Part shown: positions 8,074 to 15,675 of the stretch, piece by piece
Layout: each line of letters opens with the position of its first letter
Numbering within the stretch: position 1 is the first letter of the stretch
Source of the DNA: Pirellulales bacterium
Lineage (GTDB): Bacteria; Planctomycetota; Planctomycetia; Pirellulales; Thermoguttaceae
DNA: 33,008 nt
Reading direction: 5' to 3'
Assembly: GCA_030642635.1 (NCBI GenBank)
Contig: DAOWNK010000001.1
Location: forward strand, 1-33,008
Made by a program: the position numbers and the translations under genes
The notes under the pieces: model-generated
Databases searched by the model: none
Seen by the model: the letters and a program-made list of their open reading frames with translations, nothing else
Told to the model about the DNA's origin: nothing

Positions 8074-9318
8074 ATGACCGAGCCGATCCTTTCCCACACG
8101 TTTCCAAACGGCCTGGTGCTGGTCGCCGAACCTACGCTCTCGCTGCAATCAGTTGCGTTTACGTTTGTAGTGCCGGCCGGGTGTGTGTACGATCCGCCGA
8201 ATCGCAGCGGCCTGGGCGGGTTCACTTGCGAAATGGCGCTCCGTGGGGCAGGCAGTCGCGACAGCCGGCAATTTATCATCGAACTGGACAACCTGGGCGT
8301 GGAGCACCACGAGTCGGTCACCGCTGCACATACCGGCTTCAGCGGCGCGATGCTATCTAAAAACCTGCCGGCCGCGCTGGAACTGTACGCCGACCTGCTA
8401 CAGCGGCCGCACTTGCCGGAAAACCAATTGGAGGCCGCCCGGCTGGTAATGCTCCAGGAGCTTCGCGCGGTGGAAGACGAACCTGCACAGAAGGTAATGC
8501 TTGAACTGCGCAGAGGACATTATCCCGATCCATGGGGCCGACCGCCACAAGGCGAACAGGAGGCGCTCGAGGAGATCACCATCGAGGATGTACGCTCGCA
8601 GTTCGACCGCAGTTACCATCCCGGCGGGACCATAATCGGCGTGGCCGGACGCTTCGATTGGCGACAACTCAAAGACACCGTCGGCCGGCTGCTGGGCGAT
8701 TGGGAACCACGCGAAGGGGCGCCAGTCGTCGAAAAACCTCGAACTCGCCGTTACAGACACCTCGATTACAAGTCGAACCAAACGCAGATCGGCATCGCCT
8801 ACCGCAGCGTGCCGTACCGCGATGAAAATTACTTCCAGGCATGGGGTGCGGTCGGCGTGCTCAGCGGCGGGTCCAGTGCAAGGCTCTTTACCGAGGTCCG
8901 CGAACGGCGCGGGCTGTGCTACAGCGTCTATGCCGCCTGCCATACGCTGCGCGACCGCGGCGCGGTGTTCTGTTACGCCGGCGCCAGTGCAGATCGGGCA
9001 CAGGAAACACTGGACGTGACCGTCGGCGAACTGGCGCGGCTGGCCGACGGAATCGAAAACGACGAGCTGGACCGGCTTAAGGCACGAATGAAAAGCGCGC
9101 TCATCATGCAGCAGGAATCCAGCGCCGCAAGGAGCGGCGCAATCGCACGAGATTGGTATCACCTCGGCCGGGCCAGAACGCTGGACGAAGTCGGCCGTCT
9201 GGTCGACGCCTTGACGCACCAAAGCATAAACGCTTATTTGACCGACCATCCGCCGGGCGATTTTACGGTGGTGACGCTCGGACCGCACAAACTGGAGGTG
9301 TCCGGTGAAATTTCGTAA
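8074..9318 (+). CDS. M16 (pitrilysin/insulinase) family peptidase, non-catalytic-type subunit
   Basis: M16 fold sequence ('FPNGLVLVAE...'). The zinc-motif position reads 'GGFTCEMALRG', so HxxEH is lost. I start at ATG 8074 because the longer ORF from 7960 would run through the terminator. Confidence 0.8.
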   Translation: MTEPILSHTFPNGLVLVAEPTLSLQSVAFTFVVPAGCVYDPPNRSGLGGFTCEMALRGAGSRDSRQFIIELDNLGVEHHESVTAAHTGFSGAMLSKNLPAALELYADLLQRPHLPENQLEAARLVMLQELRAVEDEPAQKVMLELRRGHYPDPWGRPPQGEQEALEEITIEDVRSQFDRSYHPGGTIIGVAGRFDWRQLKDTVGRLLGDWEPREGAPVVEKPRTRRYRHLDYKSNQTQIGIAYRSVPYRDENYFQAWGAVGVLSGGSSARLFTEVRERRGLCYSVYAACHTLRDRGAVFCYAGASADRAQETLDVTVGELARLADGIENDELDRLKARMKSALIMQQESSAARSGAIARDWYHLGRARTLDEVGRLVDALTHQSINAYLTDHPPGDFTVVTLGPHKLEVSGEIS

Positions 9319-10543
9319 CCACACGCTGAAAAACGGGCTTCACCTCGTCGCCGAGTGCAACGACGAGGCTCATTCGACCGCATTGGGGTTCTTTGTCGAG
9401 GCGGGCGCACGCGACGAGACCGACGCTGTCGCCGGGGTGAGCCACTTCCTGGAACACATGGCATTTAAGGGCACGCCGACCCGCTCGGCCGACGAGGTGA
9501 ACCGCCGGTTCGACGAGCTGGGTGCTCATTACAACGCCGGCACCAGCGAGGAGAACACGGTCTACTATGCCGCCGTGCTGCCGGAGCACCAGGACGCGGC
9601 GGTCGAGCTGCTCGCAGACATCATGCGCCCCTCGTTGCGGGAGGACGATTTCGATACCGAAAAGCAGGTCATCGTCGAGGAGATACACATGTACGACGAC
9701 CAGCCGCCGTTCGGCGCCGACGAGAAGGCACGCGCGGCGTATTTCGGCTCGCACCCGTTGGGTCGCAGCGTACTGGGCACCGTAAACAGCGTCACGGAGT
9801 TGCCGGTCGATGCGATGCACGAGTATTTCCGTCGTCGCTACAGCCCGGGCAATATTGTGCTTATCGCCTGCGGCAAGGTCGATTTCGATGCCTTGGTCGC
9901 CCTGGCCGAGCAATCGTGCGGACACTGGAAACCATTCGACTGCCGGCGCACCGCCGAGCCGGCCACCTTGCAAGCGGGATTCCAGGCCATTCGCAAGGAG
10001 ATCGCCACGCAGCAATACGCACTGTCGCTCTCCGCAGCACCGGCCGCCGATAACCCCGATCGCTATGCCGCCAAGTTGCTGGCCACCGTGCTGGGCGACG
10101 ATTCCGGCAGTCGGCTCTACTGGGAGTTGGTCGATACCGGGCTGGCCGAACACGTCAGCCTGGGACACAGCGAATACGCAGACGCCGGGGTAATGACGAC
10201 GTACCTGAGTTGCGAACCTGACGCCGCCGCTGCGAATCTCCAGCGAATTCTTGACGTTTACCGCCGTGCCGAGTCCGACGGCGTCACCACCGCCGAGCTT
10301 AAACAAGCCAAAAGCAAACTGAGCAGCCGAATCGTACTGAGCGGCGAGCGGCCCCGAGGCAGGTTGTTCGCCGTCGGCAGCGATTGGGTCTATCGACGTC
10401 AGTATTGCAGCATCGAAGACGATTTGGCTGCGGTGGCGGGGGTTACGGCGGAAGAAGTCTCGGCAGTGCTTGCAAAATATCCGCTCAGCCGCGGCGCCAC
10501 GCTGACCATCGGCCCGTTGGATGATGTGGCGGCGCCCAAATAG
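9305..10543 (+). CDS. M16 family zinc peptidase, catalytic-type subunit
   Basis: It carries 'GVSHFLEHMAFKGT' (an HxxEH zinc motif). The GTG start overlaps the upstream M16 gene by 14 nt. Confidence 0.85.
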   Translation: MKFRNHTLKNGLHLVAECNDEAHSTALGFFVEAGARDETDAVAGVSHFLEHMAFKGTPTRSADEVNRRFDELGAHYNAGTSEENTVYYAAVLPEHQDAAVELLADIMRPSLREDDFDTEKQVIVEEIHMYDDQPPFGADEKARAAYFGSHPLGRSVLGTVNSVTELPVDAMHEYFRRRYSPGNIVLIACGKVDFDALVALAEQSCGHWKPFDCRRTAEPATLQAGFQAIRKEIATQQYALSLSAAPAADNPDRYAAKLLATVLGDDSGSRLYWELVDTGLAEHVSLGHSEYADAGVMTTYLSCEPDAAAANLQRILDVYRRAESDGVTTAELKQAKSKLSSRIVLSGERPRGRLFAVGSDWVYRRQYCSIEDDLAAVAGVTAEEVSAVLAKYPLSRGATLTIGPLDDVAAPK

Positions 10544-10561
10544 TTTTTATTGCAAGAAATT

Positions 10562-11244
10562 GGGTGCCATGCCCACGCTTGTCGTGGGCATGTCTTAATC
10601 GGCAAACTACCACCATGAACACCGGTCATCGAAAACTCTGCAAACGGTATGATGTCGAGGGTGATGCCCACTGCCTTACATTTTCTTGCTTTCGACGTCT
10701 ACCGTTGTTTTCCCGTGAACGCTCTTGCCTTTGGATGATCCGGGCACTGCAACTTGGACGTGAGAAAAATCAGTACGATCTTTGGGCATACGCGATCATG
10801 CCCGAGCACGTCCACATTGTTCTTTTGCCGCAACAGGGAGTCCGCATCCGCGATATTCTCTCTACATTGAAGCAGTCAGTATCGAAGCATGCGATTTTAT
10901 GGCTTCAGCGCCACTCGCCGGGTTTTCTTTCACAGTTGGAAGACCTTCAACCCAACGGCAAACGATCTTATCGCTTTTGGCAGCGTGGCGGAGGTTACGA
11001 CCGTAATCTTAGGACGCTTGCCGACGTGTACGAGAAGATCGAGTATGTCCATGCCAATCCGGTTCGTCGAGGTCTTGCACGTACGCCGGCGGATTGGCCA
11101 TGGTCAAGTTGTCGAGCATGGCAGACAGGCGAAGAAATCCCAATTACCATAGATCGTGACTCGCTGCCGTACCTGATGAGTGACGAAGTATTCCCACGTC
11201 GCAACTGACCTCACATGCCCACGACAAGCGTGGGCATGGCACCC
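10562..11244 (+). mobile_element. RAYT locus: Y1/HUH transposase gene bracketed by exact inverted 31-nt REP hairpins
   Basis: 10562-10592 GGGTGCCATGCCCACGCTTGTCGTGGGCATG is the exact reverse complement of 11214-11244. Confidence 0.8.
10615..11208 (+). CDS. REP-associated tyrosine transposase (IS200/IS605-like Y1 transposase, RAYT class)
   Basis: HUH motif 'MPEHVHIVLLP' and Tyr motif 'IEYVHANPVRRGLARTPADWPWSS'. I start at ATG 10615, because the GTG at 10564 lies inside the left REP. GC content is visibly lower than in neighbouring genes. Confidence 0.8.
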   Translation: MNTGHRKLCKRYDVEGDAHCLTFSCFRRLPLFSRERSCLWMIRALQLGREKNQYDLWAYAIMPEHVHIVLLPQQGVRIRDILSTLKQSVSKHAILWLQRHSPGFLSQLEDLQPNGKRSYRFWQRGGGYDRNLRTLADVYEKIEYVHANPVRRGLARTPADWPWSSCRAWQTGEEIPITIDRDSLPYLMSDEVFPRRN

Positions 11245-11258
11245 ATGCCTTCCCCCTG

Positions 11259-12911
11259 TCACGGAAAGATCATCGCATCGGCGAATACCGTTTGAAAGTC
11301 CGTAGCTCTCGACAGATCGACGTGCTCGGTGCGTCGTGCGATGTCTTCGGCCATGGCGCGTGCCCGACGCGACAGCGCCGCAAGCCGGGCGCCGGTCAAC
11401 GAGGTGTTGCCTTGGTATCGGATGCGGCTGTGTTCGACCCTTGGCGGCATCAGTCCGATCCGCTGTGCGTTGCTGCGACGGATGAAGTTGCCGAACCCGC
11501 CGGCGATCAGCACACTTTCGAGCTGCTCCGGCTCAATCCCGGCACGCTGCAAAAGCAGGTGGATTCCCGCCCGGATCGCACCGGTGGCAAGCTGTAACTC
11601 GCGCAGGTCGCGTTGTGTCAGCACGATCGGCCCGCCGGTGCCGGTTTCCTGCCGCGAGGCTATCATAAACGCCGGCCGGCCGTCGTGTTGTATCAATCGT
11701 TCGGTCAGGTCTGCCGGGACTCCGTCGGGCAATTCGTCCGGTTCAAGCAGGCGTCCTTGCGGTGTGAGTACCTTATGGCGCAGCAGTTCGGCGGCCGCGT
11801 CGATCAGCCCGGAGCCGCACAGCCCGACCGGCGGAACGTTGCCGATCACGTTTATCCTCAGCCGTCCGTCGATTACTACCTTTTCGATAGCCCCGTTGCT
11901 GCCTCGCATTCCATGCGAGATACGCGCGCCCTCGAACGCCGGTCCGGCGGCGGTCGAGGCGGCCGTAAGCTGCCCGGCAGCCCAAAGGACGATCTCGCCG
12001 TTCGTACCGATATCAACCAGCAAGGTCGGCCCCTCGGTCTCGGCCAGTCCGGTGGCGAGAATCCCGGAGACGGTATCGCCGCCGACGAACCCACCGATTA
12101 CCGGCATGACGTACGCCCGGCCGCGAGGATTTATGTCAACGTCAAGCTGCCGGGCATCAATCCACTCGCCGTGTGTCACGGCGGGCACGAACGGCATGCG
12201 GCCTAACGACTCCGGATCAACGCCGCCGAGCAAATGCTGCATAGTAGTGTTGCCTGAGAAGGTCAACTCGCATATCTGCTCGCGTCGGATGCCCGCATGC
12301 CCGACCAACTCGCCGATCATCTCGTCGATCGCCCCGACGACGGTCTGTTGCAACTTGCCGATCCCGTCGGCGTTTTCCTGGCAATACAAAATCCGCGTGA
12401 GCACGTCGTCGCCGAACCGTGTTTGCGGATTAAGCCGCGAGACGACCGCCGGCTCCACGGCGGCGCTCAGGTCCAACAGCGCTGCGACAAGCGTGGTCGT
12501 GCCCAGATCGACGGCCACGGCAAACGACTCGCCGGCGGTGGTGTCTCCAGGCTCGAAGTCGACGGCCTGTTGTAATGCAGCCTCGCCTTGAACAAGTATT
12601 TTGTGTCGAGAGGCCAAAAGCGACGTCTGCGGAACCTCGACGCTGATCGGCCCGCACACCGACGATTGGCACCCCAACCGATAACCCTGCCGAAGCTGTT
12701 CGTCGGAAAAGGCGTTTCGTTCCGCGTCGGTCGGTTCGCAGACTTGTCCGGAGACAATCACGCGGCACTTTCCACACGTGCCGGCACCGCCGCACGGTTG
12801 ATCGAGCACGATATCGGCCCCGGCGGCCGCTTCCAGCAAGCTGGTGCCGCGAAGCACGTAAACCGTCTGTCCGGACGGTTGAAATATAACGGCAACTTCT
12901 GTTTCTCGCAT
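11259..12911 (-). CDS. 2Fe-2S ferredoxin + ASKHA ATPase (DUF4445; corrinoid reductive-activase/RACo-like) protein
   Basis: N-terminal 'CGGAGTCGKCRV' plant-type ferredoxin motif. ASKHA phosphate motifs 'AVDLGTTTLVAA' and 'LLVDIGTNGEIVL'. I start at ATG 12911 ('MRETEVAV'), because the upstream extension runs through the palindrome. Confidence 0.8.
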   Translation of the reverse strand: MRETEVAVIFQPSGQTVYVLRGTSLLEAAAGADIVLDQPCGGAGTCGKCRVIVSGQVCEPTDAERNAFSDEQLRQGYRLGCQSSVCGPISVEVPQTSLLASRHKILVQGEAALQQAVDFEPGDTTAGESFAVAVDLGTTTLVAALLDLSAAVEPAVVSRLNPQTRFGDDVLTRILYCQENADGIGKLQQTVVGAIDEMIGELVGHAGIRREQICELTFSGNTTMQHLLGGVDPESLGRMPFVPAVTHGEWIDARQLDVDINPRGRAYVMPVIGGFVGGDTVSGILATGLAETEGPTLLVDIGTNGEIVLWAAGQLTAASTAAGPAFEGARISHGMRGSNGAIEKVVIDGRLRINVIGNVPPVGLCGSGLIDAAAELLRHKVLTPQGRLLEPDELPDGVPADLTERLIQHDGRPAFMIASRQETGTGGPIVLTQRDLRELQLATGAIRAGIHLLLQRAGIEPEQLESVLIAGGFGNFIRRSNAQRIGLMPPRVEHSRIRYQGNTSLTGARLAALSRRARAMAEDIARRTEHVDLSRATDFQTVFADAMIFP

Positions 12912-12921
12912 TATTTTGTCA

Positions 12922-13112
12922 GGGGCTAGGGGCTGGGGGCTGGGGATTCGTGGCACCGGCGTCCCGCCGGTGGTGCACAAGTATATGTATTACTTCGAGT
13001 TACGTCACACCGGCGGGACGCCGGTGCCACTGATTCTGTCCTTTGACTCAACGGTATTGCCCACTAGCCCCAGCCCCCAGTCCCTAGCCCCTGGCCCCTA
13101 CTCCCCAGCCCC
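12922..13112. repeat. Composite ~190-bp palindrome: G-tract arm + hairpin / hairpin + C-tract arm
   Basis: Outer arms 12922-12945 and 13068-13091 are complementary at 23/24 positions. Inner arms 12950-12972 (GTGGCACCGGCGTCCCGCCGGTG) and 13008-13030 are exact reverse complements, and each is itself a hairpin. C-tracts continue to 13112, across the LysR stop. Confidence 0.85.
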
Positions 13113-13988
13113 TATCTCTTGCAGCAACTCAATGAACTTGCCCACCGTCGGTGCAAACACCTTACGCTCTCGGTGTATTATCCCGATCGGGCGGTGCAGC
13201 TCCGGTGCAATCAGCCGGACGGCGGAGAGCAATTCGTTTTTCGTTTCCTCGCGGACTGTCGGCTCCGGCAGTATGCTCACGCCGGCCCCGATTCCGATCG
13301 CCTGCTTGATCGTTTCGATGTTGTCGAACTCCATCACTACCTGAACATGCACCGAACGCTGCCGAAGGTATCGGTCGATCTCCTTGCGGATGTTCAGGTT
13401 GCGGTCGAAACCGATGAAGTCCTCGCCCTGTAGGTGCTCGGCCGTAACGGCCGTCTGCCGTGCCAAGACGTGCTCCGGATGGCAAACCATCACCATCTTT
13501 TCGGATCGCAACGGTATGACACCCAAGTCCGGCGTAGTGGCCGGGTAGGATACAACCCCCAAATCCACCTCGGCATTGAGCACCGCATCGTACACCTTGT
13601 TCGGACGTAAGTACTCCAACCGAACCTTCGTCTTCGGATACTTTCGCATGAAGTCCTGCATGCACCGGGCCATCTCGTGCAGCCCTATCGAATAGATGGC
13701 CGCCACACGAACCAACCCGCCGATCTCCTGCCTAAGCGACCTGACCCGGGCTTCCACCGCATCGTACAGATCAAGCACCTCGCGGAAACCCTCGTAACAC
13801 GTCCGACCCTCGGGAGTCAATACAAACGGGCGTTTGCTGCGGTCGATAAGCTGCACGCCGAAGTGCCGCTCCACACGGTGTACCGACTGGGTCGCCGCCG
13901 ACTGGCTGACGTCGTTGACCGTAGCCCCCCTGGAAAATGACTGATGCTGCACAACATCACAAAATATGCGAATTGTGTCTATGTTCAT
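13098..13988 (-). CDS. LysR-family transcriptional regulator
   Basis: N-terminal wHTH 'FCDVVQHQSFSRGATVNDVSQSAATQSVHRVERHFGVQLIDRS' followed by a LysR substrate-binding-type C-terminal region. Confidence 0.9.
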   Translation of the reverse strand: MNIDTIRIFCDVVQHQSFSRGATVNDVSQSAATQSVHRVERHFGVQLIDRSKRPFVLTPEGRTCYEGFREVLDLYDAVEARVRSLRQEIGGLVRVAAIYSIGLHEMARCMQDFMRKYPKTKVRLEYLRPNKVYDAVLNAEVDLGVVSYPATTPDLGVIPLRSEKMVMVCHPEHVLARQTAVTAEHLQGEDFIGFDRNLNIRKEIDRYLRQRSVHVQVVMEFDNIETIKQAIGIGAGVSILPEPTVREETKNELLSAVRLIAPELHRPIGIIHRERKVFAPTVGKFIELLQEIGAGE

Positions 13989-14046
13989 AATCGCATCTTA
14001 TCATAAGCGGGGCTTATGTCAATGCGATGCGATCTTTGCGATCGGG

Positions 14047-14101
14047 GTTTAGCCCCGGCGTCCACACCGGGCAATTCGCCGCGTAGACGCGGCGGCTAAA
14101 C
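14047..14101. repeat. GTTTAGCC...GGCTAAAC inverted-terminal palindromic element
   Basis: The right half, CGCCGCG-TAGA-CGCGGCG-GCTAAAC (14077-14101), has the same architecture as 22006-22030. On the eda sense strand it begins 8 nt after the stop codon. Confidence 0.7.
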
Positions 14102-14109
14102 AAACCTCA

Positions 14110-14754
14110 CTAGCCACTACCCACCATATCAACGGCGGCGCGGCAACGGTTGCTAATCTCCCGCCATTTGCCCGCTGCCATGTCGTTTTGCTTGGCAATC
14201 CATGTGCCGCCGACCGCTGCTACGGCTTCAACCGCCAAGTACGACTCCAGATTGCCGGCGTTTATCCCGCCGGTTGGCATGAACCGCACGCCGGTATGTC
14301 CGTACGGCGCGGCCAGCGCATTGATCATTGCAACCCCTCCCAACGCCTCGGACGGAAAGAATTTTAGCATCGTGCACCCCAGCGACAGTGCACACTCAAT
14401 ATCGCTTGCGGTGGCCACGCCGGGCACGAACGGCAATCCGTTCTCGTTGGCGCAGGCAACGATTTCCGGATTCAAGCCCGGCGCCACGCCGAACTTCGCG
14501 CCGCAGTCCCGGGCCGCTTCGAGGTTCTCGGTCGTCAGCACCGTACCGGCCCCGACCAGAATCTCCGGCCGTTTGCTTGATATCTTCTCGATTGCCTCCG
14601 CCGCTGCTGCGGTGCGGAACGTTATTTCCACTACCGGCAGCCCGCCGGCAAGCAACGCGTCGGCAAGCGGCAGTGCGGCCTCGGCCGAGTCGATCGCAAC
14701 GACCGGCACTATCCTAAGGCGAGAAATCGTATCGAAAACGGAATCTGACGGCAT
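14110..14754 (-). CDS. eda: KDPG / 4-hydroxy-2-oxoglutarate aldolase
   Basis: 'IVPVVAIDSAEAALPLADALLAGGLPVVEITFRT', 'GAGTVL' and 'KFFPSEALGG' (Schiff-base Lys context). The start is ATG 14754; the upstream part of the 444-aa ORF is a frame artefact over the MBL gene. Confidence 0.9.
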   Translation of the reverse strand: MPSDSVFDTISRLRIVPVVAIDSAEAALPLADALLAGGLPVVEITFRTAAAAEAIEKISSKRPEILVGAGTVLTTENLEAARDCGAKFGVAPGLNPEIVACANENGLPFVPGVATASDIECALSLGCTMLKFFPSEALGGVAMINALAAPYGHTGVRFMPTGGINAGNLESYLAVEAVAAVGGTWIAKQNDMAAGKWREISNRCRAAVDMVGSG

Positions 14755-14777
14755 GTTCGGTCCTTTTTGTATTGTGG

Positions 14778-15521
14778 CTAAACAATATCTATTTCCATCA
14801 AGTCCTCTCCAATTTCCGTTGCCGGGAAGATCGACCGGGCGACTTCCAGCTCGATCGGGTCGTCTTCGGTCGAGAGCGGATTTATGTGCACCAGCACCAG
14901 CCGGCCGACTCCGGCCAGCCGGGCCACCTCGGCTACCGGCGTGGTGCAACTGTGGCAGGTCTTTTTCGCCCAGTCCGCCCCGGCGTCGGGAAAGTAACAC
15001 TCGTGCACCAGCAGGTCGACGCCGGCTATCTTTTCGATGTAATCGGCGTCTGCCGAGGCGGTTGTGTCGGTAACGTATGCCATGGAACACCCCGGCCAAT
15101 CCAACCGAAAGCCGAGCGAGTCGCCCTGATGCCGAAGCGGAAAGTGCGTAAGCCGGCCGCCCTGCGGCAGCGCGGTCACATCGGCAAGCAGTCGGGACTC
15201 GTACGGCGGGTTCTTCGGGAAGAGGTATTCCGAGAACAGGTGTTCGTCGATGGCAGCCAAATGCTTGGCCGATCCGTGCACGGTTACACGATCCAGCCGA
15301 TGCCCACGCATTACGTTGAACAGGTACGTCAGCCCGACGGAGTGATCCAGATGCGCGTGGGTCAGGAATATATCCAGATCGGGCCGCTGTAGGTAACGTG
15401 CCGCCCGAAACATGGCCGTACCGGCGTCGAGCATAACGCCGCACTCGGGAATCAGCAAGCAGGGCGTATGCCGACGCTCGTTCGGATGGTACCCGGTCGT
15501 GCCCAACAGGATGAGTTTCAT
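14778..15521 (-). CDS. MBL-fold metallo-hydrolase (RNase Z / PhnP-like)
   Basis: 'THAHLDH' zinc motif near the N-terminus, and a later 'HECYF' / 'HSCTT' pattern. Confidence 0.8.
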   Translation of the reverse strand: MKLILLGTTGYHPNERRHTPCLLIPECGVMLDAGTAMFRAARYLQRPDLDIFLTHAHLDHSVGLTYLFNVMRGHRLDRVTVHGSAKHLAAIDEHLFSEYLFPKNPPYESRLLADVTALPQGGRLTHFPLRHQGDSLGFRLDWPGCSMAYVTDTTASADADYIEKIAGVDLLVHECYFPDAGADWAKKTCHSCTTPVAEVARLAGVGRLVLVHINPLSTEDDPIELEVARSIFPATEIGEDLMEIDIV

Positions 15522-15559
15522 AAGGTCAGTTTATCCGAGTTAGTGGGCAGTGGATAGAC

Positions 15560-15626
15560 GTGTAGCGGCCGGGCTTGCCCGGTGCATCTCCATTACTACC
15601 TCGCCGGGCAAGCCCGGCCGCTACAC
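15560..15626. repeat. Inverted pair of GTAG-type REP-like hairpins (23-nt exact arms, 21-nt spacer)
   Basis: 15560-15582 GTGTAGCGGCCGGGCTTGCCCGG is the exact reverse complement of 15604-15626. Each arm holds the hairpin CCGGGC-TT-GCCCGG. Confidence 0.85.
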
Positions 15627-15675
15627 CACTTGAATCTTCAGCAACAATGACGTACGATTTCAAATCAGCCGTAAA

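Noticed and set aside
14755-15444. N-terminal 230 aa of the 444-aa ORF 14110-15444
   Set aside because: It overlaps the well-supported MBL hydrolase gene in another frame and has Arg-rich composition. The Eda-like sequence begins at Met 14754.
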